In this document: piece by piece, positions 1-11,415 of the stretch
Layout of the letters: every line of letters begins with the position of its first letter
Position numbering within the stretch: position 1 is the first letter of the stretch
From: Gordius albopunctatus
Lineage: Eukaryota
Assembly: GCA_964276515.1 (NCBI GenBank)
Contig: OZ193909.1
Location: 7,626,001-7,690,000, forward strand
Length of the DNA stretch: 64,000 bases
Direction: 5' to 3'
The notes under the pieces: model-generated
What the model was told of the DNA's origin: nothing
The model's database searches: none
The model's input: only the letters and a program-made list of their open reading frames with translations
Made by a program: the position numbers and the translations under genes

Positions 1-100
1 AAGCACATGGGGATAACACATAAAATTAGCAGTAAAAGTTCCTGAGCTAATAATAATTTAATAAAAAGTGCTAGCGTCGCCTATTGCCAATTCTTATTAG

Positions 101-1480
101 TTTTAATTGCTATGCAATTTATGCGCTCGCTTTCCATTTTCCGAATGTCTTGTCACGCACCGAATGTCTTGTTTAACTAGTTTTTGGGTTCGAAACCCGG
201 GGATTTTTTTGACTATTATGATTGTTCCTGTTACTACCAATGCTATTATAACTTTTTGGCCGTCTGCTGGCTGCTGACCGATGGAAAAAATGACCATTGG
301 CCAAAATGTGAATCGAAATTATTTTTTTCGTTTTTTTGGCTAACATTGACAATTACCCTATGCCCTCCCCTAACAGAGCCTATTCCTCTACTGATATGGG
401 TCCCTGTACCCCCCGGAGAGGCCAAAAAATTAAAAAAAAAAATTTTTTTTAAATTAATATATAGTTATTGTTCATACCATTGATAATGTGACTTTTTGGC
501 CGTCCGCTGGCTACTGACCACTGAAAAAAATGACCATTGGCCAAAGTGTAAATCGAAATTTTTTTTCCGGTTTTTTTGACTCTTATGATTGTTCCTGTTA
601 ATACTATTGATAATATGGCTTATTGGTTGTCCGCTGGCTACTGACCAATAAAAATAATGACCATTGGCTAAAGTGAGCATCAAAAAATTTTTTTTCGTTT
701 TTTTGGCTAACATTGACTTATAGAGTATCTGTTGGTACTGACCAATGGAAAAAAATGACCATTGGCCAAAGTGTGGATCGAAATTTTTTTTGTTTTTTTT
801 GACTCGTAGGTATTTATAGACCGTCTCTTGGTGCTGACCGATAAAAAAAAATGACCATTGTCCAAATTGTGATTTAAAATTTTTTTTTCGTTTTTTTGAC
901 TCGTATGTATTTATAGACAGTCTCTTGGTACGGATCAATGGAAAAAAACGACCATTAGCCAAATTGTGATTCGAAATTTTTTTTTCGTTTTTTTTGACTT
1001 GCATGTATTTATAGACCGTCTCTTGGTACTGACCAATAAAAAAAATGAACATTGGACATATTGCTTAATTAAAGGCTAAAATTTCAAAATGCTCCTCCCA
1101 AAATCATTATTTTCGTTTTTGAATAGGTTAACGTTGATAATTACCCTATGCCCACCCCTACAAGTGCCTATTTTTAAATTAAATTAATATTTTGTTCTTG
1201 TTGATATTTGTTAAATTATCTATAATATATTGATTTTCTATTATTGTGTTATTTTATTATATAATAAACATAAATAAAACATATCTTTATTATTTAATTA
1301 TCTATATAAATAACATAGAAACTTCTTTTATTTTAATGCCAGCATGGTAAGAGTGGTTATAGCAACGGCTTACTAACTTCCTACAAGTGCCTATGCTTCT
1401 ACTGATATGGGTCCCTGTGCCCCTACAAAGGCTACTTCTATTTAATGTGGGTTCGAATCCCGGCGAGGGCAATTTTTTTT
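101..1480 (+). mobile_element. Modular interspersed repeat (DINE-1/Helentron-associated-like), copy A
   Basis: Starts with palindromic head AATTGC-TAT-GCAATT(tatg); interior has degenerate ~80-bp units (ctgaccaatggaaaaaaatgaccattggccaaagtgtgaatcgaaattttt) and ggttcgaa(t/a)ccc boxes; the same head and units recur at 2540-3662, 4955-12742, 19735-20110 and 63279-63930. Family assignment is inference. Confidence 0.7.
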
Positions 1481-1679
1481 AAATTAAATGGAAAATTTGT
1501 ATAAATAATTAACTAATCATTTTGCATTTAATACCCCTCTATAGGCATTTTCGCCCCTTCCCACCTTTCTCGCCCATATTTTTTAATTAGATGGAAAATT
1601 TGTATAAACATTTTGCATATAACGCCCATAAATTGCATGGCAAATATGCTACGTTTATACGGAGTATAGATGAGTCGTC

Positions 1680-1733
1680 CCCCCTTCCCTTCCCCCCTCC
1701 CCCCTTCCCTTCCCTTCTCCCCTCCCCCTTCCC
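1680..1733. repeat. Polypyrimidine (CCCTT/CCCCT) microsatellite, G-quadruplex-prone on minus strand
   Basis: ~54 nt of C/T runs seen directly. Confidence 0.8.
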
Positions 1734-2539
1734 ACGAGGGCCGAAGGCCCGAGTTTATTATGTTTTTTATATTTCTAGTGTATGCTAAAAAATCATATAC
1801 TTTTAAACACTTGATCTTAATAGGGGTAAGGGTAAATCACTATGTTTAAAAACGGGTATATGTGGCAAAATCAAAAATATTTAAAATTAGGCGTGTAACA
1901 AACATTATATTATAATATTGCTATTATTATTATAATTATATAAAAGTGAGATAATCTTTAAATATCATTTATTAAGCCTTTAACCCTCGAGAGCATTTGT
2001 GGGGTACCACGGACCCCACGATAGTTATAAACTTATAATATTAAAATTATGGTTACATACTCAATTTGAATAAAGCAACTCGAACATCGGTTACCTAGGA
2101 AAAAACTTAACCTTTATTATTCGAGCATTCACAACTCTCACTATTCATAAATCTTAACCTTTTATTTGACCACTCATTATAATTTAAATCTCTCGTTATT
2201 ATTCACACAAGTAAACTTACTAGATGTATATAAACACAATATGTTACATAAAAGAATTCACTCACTTGAATCATTTGGGTTTTATTAAAGTAGAAACTTT
2301 TTTCTCTACAAAATTTAAAACTTACTTTATTTAAAAATAATTGCTAGGATGGCTTAAAACCCAAAACCAATATAATTAAATTAATAATAATAATATAAAT
2401 TAATAAATTGCAGAGTAATTAATAACAAACATTTAGGGATTGTGACGAAACAAGCAGCGACATGGAATGGCTTCGCTATTGCCTGTTACGATCGCGCATC
2501 TAAAAATGTCACAGCTATCAAAAGGATATCTCAAAAAAT

Positions 2540-3662
2540 TTACATGTGCTAAATTGTTCTATTGGTCCGTACCAAGAGACGGTCTATTAATACATACGAG
2601 TCAAAAAAAACGGAAAAAAAATTTTCGATGCACACTTTGGCCAGTGGTCTTTTTTTCATTGGTCAGCAGCCATCGGACGGCCTATAAATTAGTCAGTAAC
2701 AACAGATGGTCTATATATAAATCAATGTTAGTCAAAAAAAATGGGAAAATTTTTGCTTCCCACTTTGGCCAATGGTCATTTTTTTCCATTGGTCACTACC
2801 AACAGATACTCTATAAGTCAATGATAGCCAAAAAAAACAAAAAAAAATTCGCTTCACACTTTGGCCAATGGTCACTTTTTTTCATTGGTCAGCAGCCATC
2901 GGACGGCCAATAAATTAGTCAGTACCAACAGATGGGCTATAAATCAATGTTAGTCAAAAAAACAGAAAAAAATTTCGATTCACACTTTGGCCAATGGTAA
3001 TTTTTTTCCATTGATCACTACCAACAAATACTCTATAAGTCAATGATATCCAAAAAAAACGAAAAAAATTATTTTGATTCACATTTTGGCCAATGGTAAT
3101 TTTTTCCATTGGTCAGCAGCCAGCGGACGGCCAAAAAGTCATAATAGCAATGGTAGTAACAGGAAAAATCATAATAGTCACAAAAAACGAAAAAATAAAC
3201 TCGGATACACATTTTGGCCAATGGTCATTTTTTTCATTGGTCAGCAGCCAGCGGACGGCCAAAAAGTCTTATTATCAATGGTAGTAACAAGAACAATCAT
3301 AAAAGTAAAAAAAAACCTTGGATTCGAACCCAAAAACTAGTTAAAACATAAATTACATAGCAATTAATATTCGAATTCCAAGCGGTTTCAGTAGTAAACA
3401 AGACGAAAAACGTGACAAGACATTCGGTGCGTGACACGAAGAGCGTGACAAGACATTCGGTGCGTGACACGAACAGCGTGACAAACAAAATGGAAAGTGA
3501 GTCCATAAATTGCATAGCAATTAAAAATTGGCCTCCCCGGGTATCGAACCCACTTCCAAGCGGTTTCAGTGCTAAACACGACGAAAAGCGTGACAATACA
3601 TTCGGTGCGTGACAAGACATCGGAAAATGGAAAGTGAGTCCATAATTTGCATAGAAATTAAT
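2540..3662 (-). mobile_element. Modular interspersed repeat, copy B (inverted relative to copy A)
   Basis: 3590-3662 is the near reverse complement of 101-170; contains ~80-bp ccaatgg units and short gtgacaagacattcggtgc repeats (3410-3620). Confidence 0.75.
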
Positions 3663-4954
3663 AATAGCAGAATTAAACATAATATTTTCGGAAATTAATT
3701 GTAATTTATATAGGTCCTTAGAAGGTTTCATGGGCGTAGCCAGCATTTGAATTAGTATATTTATATTGTATAAATAAAATCAGCATAGAAAAATATCATT
3801 AATTTTATTATTATATTTAAGCCCTAAACTTTGTACTATTTTAAAGTTAAAATTTGAAATGTTGATTGATTGAGCCTATACTGTAAGTAAAATAAAAATA
3901 CAAAATTGCAAAACTTTAATTATGGTTACGAGATAATTTATGTGTTTAATTAGTATACATTTACAAACACATAGTAGTAAGGAAAAAAGAATTCATTATA
4001 ATATATTTCAATTAAAATACCAGATTTTTCATTCATTAACACATTTATTATGGGCCCACCCAGCATTTTAATTAAAGGGGGGAAATAATGATTTAGGGAA
4101 GGGCAAATTTTTGGATTTAGAGGAAAGCAACCGCCCCTCTCTGCCCCCCTTGGCTATACCCATGTATGAAATATAGGAAATTTACAACAAATGTAAAATG
4201 GTTCATATTTGAAATTATAGCCAAATAACTAATATCGAAACATAGCAATTAATAAGTAAATGCCATTAATAATATTATTATTTGCTATGGGACATTTTTC
4301 TGGGAAAATTGATCCCCCGTAAATTGCATAGCATTTAATTAAAACATTTTAAATACACTTTCCCTCTCCCTCCCCCATAAATTCGATTTCAAAACTATCT
4401 AATCGCATAATATTTATTTATTAGAATTATCGATTTTTATCGATAATATTAGTTATACCCATCTCGTTTCCTAGCAATCAAGATACAATACCGAGGGGTA
4501 GTGGGGTGGGCAGTGCTTAAATTCTAAAAGTTTAAGATCCCTTAAAATACTATTTCTAAGTGCCTGCAGATTTAAAGGAAGTTTGCAAGTTGTATAAATA
4601 CTCAATGTGCCCAAATGACTTAGTTAATTATGTGATAATTAACAAAATAGTCCAAAAACTCTTAATCGAAACAAATACCTTTTTTAACTAGCAAAAGTTG
4701 CTAGAATTTACGAATATTTATAAAATGAATTACATTAATGTTGCAGAAATTTTCGGCCTGTCGTACTTTTAATAAATTTCAACAAATTTTATATTTTTTG
4801 ATAAAGTACAAAATAAATTTTCATGGAATTTAAATTGATTTCTTATTGACACATGACAAGGAAATAAATTCTTTTTTACCATTTGTAAGTAAGTTTCCTG
4901 CTCATAAATTTCTTTTATGACTTATTAGATGCCGCCCTAATCAACGAAATAAAT

Positions 4955-5612
4955 ACAATTTAGCCAATGGTCATTTTTTTCATTTAACAGTAGCCAGGAC
5001 ACGGTCAAAAAGGATATAAATATATGAGAAACGAAAAAAAATTTCAAATCACAATTTGGCCAATGGTCATTTTTATCCATTGGTCAGTACCAAGAGACGC
5101 TTTATAAATACATACGAGTCAAAAAAGAACGAAAAAATTCCTATTCCCATTTTGGCTAATGGACATTTTTTTCATTGCTCAGTAGCCAGAACACGGTCAA
5201 AAAGTCATATTATCAATGGTATTAACAAGAAAAATATATTAATTTAATTTAAAAAAAAATAAAAATTCTGCTCTCTCCAGGATTCGAACCCACATTAATA
5301 GAGGCATAGGCTTTTGTAGGGGCACAGGGACCCATATCAGTAGAGGCATAGGCTTCTGTAGGGGAGGGCACAGGGTAATTATCAATGTTAACCAATTCAA
5401 AAAAAAAAATTTCGAATCACATTTTGGCCAATGGTCATTTTTTTAATGGTCAGTAGCCAGAACACGGTCAAAAAGTCATATTATCAATGGTATTAACAAG
5501 AAAAATATATTAATTTAATTTAAAATAAAATAAAAATTTTGCCCTCTCCGGGATTCGAACCAGCAAGTCACAACGTTTGCCAGGATTCGAACCCACATTA
5601 ATAGAGTCATAG
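4955..5612 (-). mobile_element. Modular interspersed repeat, copy C, distal part (continues at 12396-12742)
   Basis: The unit cacattaatagagtcatag|gcttttttaggggcacagggacccatatc is split between 5612 and 12404; an intact version of the unit is at 5292-5350. Confidence 0.8.
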
Positions 5613-6025
5613 CAGGCGCGTAGGCAAGGGGGCAGAAAGTGGGACGTTTCTGGCCCCTTGACCAAAATTTGAAATTTTTTTTGTTTAATAAAATTAGATT
5701 AAATGGGTTAAAATATTATAGTTTAGTTGCATAAAAGATTTTGAGACACGCGTATAAAAGTCTGTAAACATCACAATATATACATTCAATTTTTATAATT
5801 TAATTTTCGACTTGCACCCCAACATTATCATTTTCCACCATTGATTGTAAATTGTATGTATGTATGATTGCCGCGAAGAGTTGTAAATTATGAAGAATTC
5901 TACACAAAAATTTTCCCCCTTAAAATACCAAACCCTGGTATTTCTAGTAAGTGACTTAGGCTTTTATTTTATGTTTATATAGTATTGATTTCTTATATAT
6001 ATTAATTGTTATTGTGATTACATTG

Positions 6026-6495
6026 TTTTGTGTGACAAGAAAATGCCAATATCGTAAGACCGGTGTTACTCTATGGAAGTGAAACATGGGCATTAAACAT
6101 CGCGGAATTAAAGCTATTACAAGCCACAGAGATGAGAATGATACGGTGGAGCTTGGGGTATACTAAGCTTGGCTCGACCACATGACAAATGACTTTTTCA
6201 TGACAAAAATGGGTATTCAATCTATGGCGGACATGATTAACGAAAATCGGCTAAGGTGGTATGGTCATATACTAAGGAGGGATACGGATGACGTAAATAG
6301 AAAAGTACTGGACATGGAGGTACCGGGGAAGAGAGGAAGAGGACGACCCCGTGTCACGTGGAAAGGGCAAGTCGATAAAGTTATGGAAACTAAAGAGATT
6401 AGTCAAGACATGGCACTCACCCGGTCAAGATGGAAGAAACTTATCAAAACAAACCCCACCAATGTGGGACCAAATAACTGATAAAGAAGAAGAAG
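6026..6495 (+). mobile_element. 5'-truncated RTE-clade non-LTR retrotransposon
   Basis: Translates to IVRPVLLYGSETW...RLRWYGHILRR...[12 protein letters not shown] (RTE ORF C-terminus, one frameshift near 6170); (GAA)n tail; 15-bp TSD attgtgattacattg at 6011-6025 and 6496-6510. Confidence 0.9.
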
Positions 6496-8460
6496 ATTGT
6501 GATTACATTGCCAATTTTAAAAATTTCTAGAGGATTTAAACTTGTCCAATGATGAAGATTCAATTGAAACACTCACACCTATTGTTTTAAACAATAATAT
6601 TGATGAAAATGCCTCCATTATTCTAAAGTCAAATGGTATATGTATATGTAAAATTTTATCTTTTTTAGTTTATTTTTAGAGTTAATTAAAATTTGTAAAA
6701 TGTTCATTGAAATAATTTAATGTTAGATATAAAATCATCATAAAACCAGCAGCCGGATGACATATCTTTGTATGTTAATTAACACCATACAACATTATAA
6801 AGATAAGTTGGCAGAATTTGATAAAATTTATCAACCAAATAGTTCTATTATCAATCTATAACTTTATTATGTGCGTTTTATTTTTTAATAAATAATTTTA
6901 CCAAAAAAGCGTTTGATTTAATTTTTAGCAATTATTAAAAATTCGGACCCGGGTCGGGCCTATTTTCGAATTTAAATTCCGGGCCGGGCCTTAAAAACAT
7001 CGATTTTGCAGGTCTCTAGTCATAACAACTCCAAAAGAAATATTCTAATCGAACCATGGGGCTACCTGAGACAGAAGCTAAAATTACTTTTATTCATTCA
7101 GCCATTTCCCCCCCCCCCATTTAAAGTCTATCTTCCTTTATGGAGAGGAATAAATAAGTATGGTTGAGTGAGATTTTTATAATCTTATAAATATGTATCT
7201 TGGCTACGTGCCAGATCCATAAATATGGGTATTAGCAGCTAGTTAAAATGGGGGGGAAATGGGATTGCATGTGCTGTGCGTGTGCCTTACCGAAACAATG
7301 AAAATAACTTGTAAAATATGGTGCTGGTATGGTACGGCTAGGGAGGGAGGGAGGGAGGGAGGGATTGAGTGTGGTCCTGTCTGGCTACACATTAGAAAGC
7401 CAGTTACAAAAAGCAATTAATCATTTTTAGGTATACTATTTTTTTCATTAAAAAATATTCCATGGATTATGTTTCTGAATTGGACGATTCAATAGCTGTA
7501 AGCAAAATAATTGTTTTATTCAATAGGATTTTTTACAAGTGGTTTTAATTTTATATCCACATTTTCTAGGTAATTAATAATTTAGTGAATATAATAATGA
7601 TTTAAAATTACTTAGCAAGGGTTGGCATAAGATATATAAACTAAATTTAAGTTTTATTAATTTCTTTATTCAATCGAGGATAACATTTAAACTCATTTAA
7701 TTTGTGATCCTAGGATAGCTTTGCTAAATTTATCCTGTTTATACTAAACGTTTATAAGAAATCAATTTAATTGCCTGCTCTTTCAAATCGCTTTTTACCA
7801 GAAGAATATAAAAGATACCTTAGGCAGACATTATTAGATGGCGAAACTTATTTTTGACTTTGTAATATTATAATTTAGGTGATCAAAACATTTTAGATTA
7901 GTGGCGACTCAATCAAAAAACATTCCCTCATCTAGGATTTCTGGCACGGAAATATTTGGCCTTACAGGGAACCTCTATTCCAGCCGAAAGACTTTTTTCT
8001 TCAGCCTCTAATATTATTACTAAAAAAAGAAATCAGATTTCTTCGTGTTCTGTTAACGAAGTGTTATGTTTGCGCAATTGGAATAATCTTTAATAAAAAT
8101 ATCTATGTATGTATAACACTAAATATTTTCCTACTACTTTAAAGTTATAATAGACAAACTCAAATAAAGAAGAATTAACAAACAATTTATTAATCATTTA
8201 AAAAATTATGGAACAAATTTTGCTAAAGATAAGCATCATCATAAAATTTAAATGAGTGAGCCAACTGCTCTTAAATTTTATTTATAACTTATATTTTGTC
8301 AATTGTTAATATTAAATAAATTTAAATATACATATATATGAACGAATTTCGCTAGGGTATCGAGGAATTTAATTATAAGTAACTTATATATACGATTATT
8401 CATTTCCAATTAATTAATTTTTTATAATAAACAACATAAGTTTAAGATTTGACAGATTAC

Positions 8461-9135
8461 GTAACATTTTTATGACACCCTAACCGTTGTTAAATGTATT
8501 TATCTAGCTTTTAAAATGACAATTGTCACCAAGCTAAGGTGACAAACTTAAATTTTAAGTTTGCAACATTTTTATGACACCCTAACCGATCAATTTTCGT
8601 TAAAAGTATTTATCCAGCTTTTAAAATGACAATTGTCACCAAGCTAAGGTGACAAACTTAAATTTTAAGTTTGCAACATTTTTATGACACCCTAACCGAC
8701 CAATTTTCGTTAAAAGTATTTATCTAGCTTTTAAAATGACAATTATGACAATTGTCACCAAGCTAAGGTGACAAACTTAAATTTTAAGTTTGCAACATTT
8801 TTATGACACCCTAACCGACCAATTTTTGTTAAAAGTATTTATCTAGCTTTTAAAACGACAATTATGACAATTGTCACCAAGCTAAGGTGACAAACTTAAA
8901 TTTTAAGTTTGCAACATTTTTATGACACCCTAACCGACCAATTTTTGTTAAAAGTATTTATCTAGCTTTTAAAACGACAATTATGACAATTGTCACCAAG
9001 CTAAGGTGACAAACTTAAATTTTAAGTTTGCAACATTTTTATGACACTCCCACCCATCAATTTTCGTTAAAACATTTTATTTTGCTTCATTAACGACAAT
9101 TATGACAATTGTCACCCAATTAGGTTGACAAATAA
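8461..9135. repeat. Tandem array, ~6 units of 102-119 bp rich in internal palindromes
   Basis: Unit starts at 8461, 8563, 8673, 8792, 8911, 9030; central units nearly identical, terminal units degenerate. Confidence 0.95.
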
Positions 9136-9301
9136 TTGATTTCGGAAATTATATTTTACAGGTAGGTATCAATATTAAAAATCACCCTCAACCATTGTTA
9201 TAATCAAATCAGTACAATTAAAAAGCTACCATTAATTATAAAGCTGAATTTTAAAGTCACTTATAAAATTATATATATATATATTATTTTTCCCCCACAC
9301 C

Positions 9302-9574
9302 AAAACAGCTAAGCCAAACCAAAGGTCGACTTATAATAACAAGGAAAAACCTTTGGTTTACTAACAAAATTCTGACTAAACCTAAAGGTTGGCTAAACAA
9401 AATAGGCCAAAAGACCTTGAGAACCTTTAGGTCTTTTCTCCAAGTATCGGCTAAACCTTAAAGGTCGACTAAGAAAACAGACCAAAAGACCTCGAGGTCT
9501 TTTTGAAAAATAGACCAAGACTAAAACTTAGCTATAACCTGGTCGAAAACCCTTTGGTCTTTTTTACAACACTA
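9302..9574. mobile_element. hAT-type MITE with left TIR missing (same family as 42651-42855)
   Basis: Ends in tttttacaacacta, identical to the right TIR of the 42651 copy; shares internal aaggtcgac motifs. Confidence 0.8.
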
Positions 9575-11415
9575 GTAGCCAGTAGTGCTAGTAGACCATG
9601 CTTGGTTACGAAGGTGCCAATAAGGTCTTCTACTATTGGAGAGTTTGATCCCCCTTTTCTTAAGACGTAGTAGGCCGTGGCAGAGTCCGTGATTATCTTG
9701 GGGTAGATGTGTCCTGCTTCTCTGTCTAGAACGTATCCGTAGCAAACCGCCAGAGTTTCCGTGAGTGTAATGTGGCCCTCCCCAGGCCAGGTCCATCCTA
9801 CCTTGGTTGCTGCTTGTTGGAAAGTGACCGATGTCAGGTTGTCGTTCCATGCTATCCCGATGTGAGAGCTGGACGCGTCCACAGCAAGGGTTGTGGTTGG
9901 GTGTTTGTGTAGTGGAAGAGTGTCCCCTACTGCTCGCATAATTTCCTTTAACTTGGTGATTACCGATGTCCTATTGAACGCCGGAGCATTGGGGTTGGTA
10001 AGTGCGTAGAACGGGGAGAAGAGCTTGGTCATCCCGGTCAGGTTGTAGTAGAAGTAATTGAGAGCTCCCAAGGCTTCCAGTAGTATCAGGGGTTCTGGTG
10101 CGTCGCGGTCCTCCATGCATAGGTAGAGGATGTCCGCTGCTAGCTTCAACCGATTACATGTATTGGGCAGGATCTTTATCGCTCCTACGTCCAGTTTTAG
10201 ATTCATGCCTAGGTACTCTATATGCTGAACTGGAAAAATATAAGATTTAGCAATATTAATGGTAAGTCCCCAGTCCCTGGTCATCGTCGCCAGTTCTTCC
10301 AGATCCAGTTGAACGTTGTCGTGGTTATCACTAAAGATAAGCAAGTCGTCTAGGTAAACGTTATAATTACATCTGGTCACCGCCTTTTTGGCCAGGTCTG
10401 AGACTATCATTTGTAGCACGTAAGGGCTAAACGCGGCCCCCATTGGTAGGACATTGTAATGGAATAATCTCTTTTTCCATCCATAGCCCACATATTTTCT
10501 TGTTGCCGGGTGAATAAGGATAGAGAAGAAAGCGGCCTTCAGGTCAATTTTGGCCGCGTATTTGGCTGTAGACAGTTCTCTTGCCGTAAGTGGGATGGTT
10601 GCCAGCTTTAACGGGTGAGGAATGAAGTTCTTGGATGCCTCGGCTAGGTCTGTGATCACCCTAGTATCGCCGTTCGTTTTCGCTATAAAGAAGGTGGCTG
10701 ACCTGATAGCCAGTGCTGGCGTGCGAGAGACTACTCCCGCTCTTTCCATCTCCGTAAAGTAAGCGGGTGATCCCTTGGAGTATCGCCTCTGCTTGGGTGG
10801 GCAAAAAAGTCCTCCGTTGGCCTTGATTCTAGGAACGTCGAGGGGAGCCTTGTAGCCCTCGAAGGCCACTTTGAGCGTAAACCGGGACATCAGGGGGTGC
10901 GGTTTCAGCCTTGTTGTCCGTATGTCTAGAGGTGCAGTAGGCGTGCTCGAGTTATTTGGTTTGTCCCAGTTGAATAGAAGCTTGTGAGCTCGCATGATGG
11001 CACATAACGATTCCGATCCAGCGTCCCCGCCGAGGGATGTTTCAACCGAGTTTATCCTGGTCGCCGCCTCGCTGGTTGATTCAGCGCAATCGGACTGAGG
11101 CGATTGAGGTGGCGGATTAGGTGAGGGGGCCTCGATGGGCGGAACCTCGTCTGACGGAGAGAAAATTATGCGGCGTGTCTCCCTTAAAAAGGCGATGATG
11201 CTTCTTAACCAGGGGGGAGACCTCTTCTCTGCGTCGCACGTTGGGAGCGGTAAGCCCGAAGGCCCGTCTTCCCAATTGTTGACCTTTGTAGAAAGGCGCT
11301 TCCTAACGCTGGGCAGGGGCCGCGCCCTTCTTGAAGTTGCGGCCCTTCGGGCCGCTTCCTCCCCTGCCAGCTGCTGGAAAAAACTGTTTCTTGGCTTGCC
11401 TGGTGACTTCCACAT
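9532..11415 (-). CDS. Reverse transcriptase-RNase H of a DIRS-like or hepadnavirus-like retroelement, 3'-truncated at 9575
   Basis: RT motifs FFIAKTNGDTRVITD, KIDLKAAFFSILIHP, LPMGAAFSP, YLDD, YLG; RNase H motifs VDAS, HITLTETLA, ITDS; the final residues SVVKKTKGFSTRL are read from the MITE. Confidence 0.9.
   Translation of the reverse strand: MWKSPGKPRNSFFQQLAGEEAARRAATSRRARPLPSVRKRLSTKVNNWEDGPSGLPLPTCDAEKRSPPWLRSIIAFLRETRRIIFSPSDEVPPIEAPSPNPPPQSPQSDCAESTSEAATRINSVETSLGGDAGSESLCAIMRAHKLLFNWDKPNNSSTPTAPLDIRTTRLKPHPLMSRFTLKVAFEGYKAPLDVPRIKANGGLFCPPKQRRYSKGSPAYFTEMERAGVVSRTPALAIRSATFFIAKTNGDTRVITDLAEASKNFIPHPLKLATIPLTARELSTAKYAAKIDLKAAFFSILIHPATRKYVGYGWKKRLFHYNVLPMGAAFSPYVLQMIVSDLAKKAVTRCNYNVYLDDLLIFSDNHDNVQLDLEELATMTRDWGLTINIAKSYIFPVQHIEYLGMNLKLDVGAIKILPNTCNRLKLAADILYLCMEDRDAPEPLILLEALGALNYFYYNLTGMTKLFSPFYALTNPNAPAFNRTSVITKLKEIMRAVGDTLPLHKHPTTTLAVDASSSHIGIAWNDNLTSVTFQQAATKVGWTWPGEGHITLTETLAVCYGYVLDREAGHIYPKIITDSATAYYVLRKGGSNSPIVEDLIGTFVTKHGLLALLATSVVKKTKGFSTRL

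Noticed and set aside
1338..1470. Functional tRNA gene
   Set aside because: Poor acceptor-stem pairing and a ~70-nt repeat-derived insert; treated as a tRNA-derived relic.
103..3746. ORF-track ORFs with HFGQWSFF-type repeats
   Set aside because: They are translations of the ~80-bp repeat units in several frames and both strands, with no domain signal.
8478..8486. Telomeric CCCTAA/TTAGGG motifs in the array and in the LTRs
   Set aside because: Single hexamers, never tandem.
8461..9135. CRISPR-like array
   Set aside because: Units are identical along their full length with no unique spacers, and the context is eukaryotic with no cas genes.
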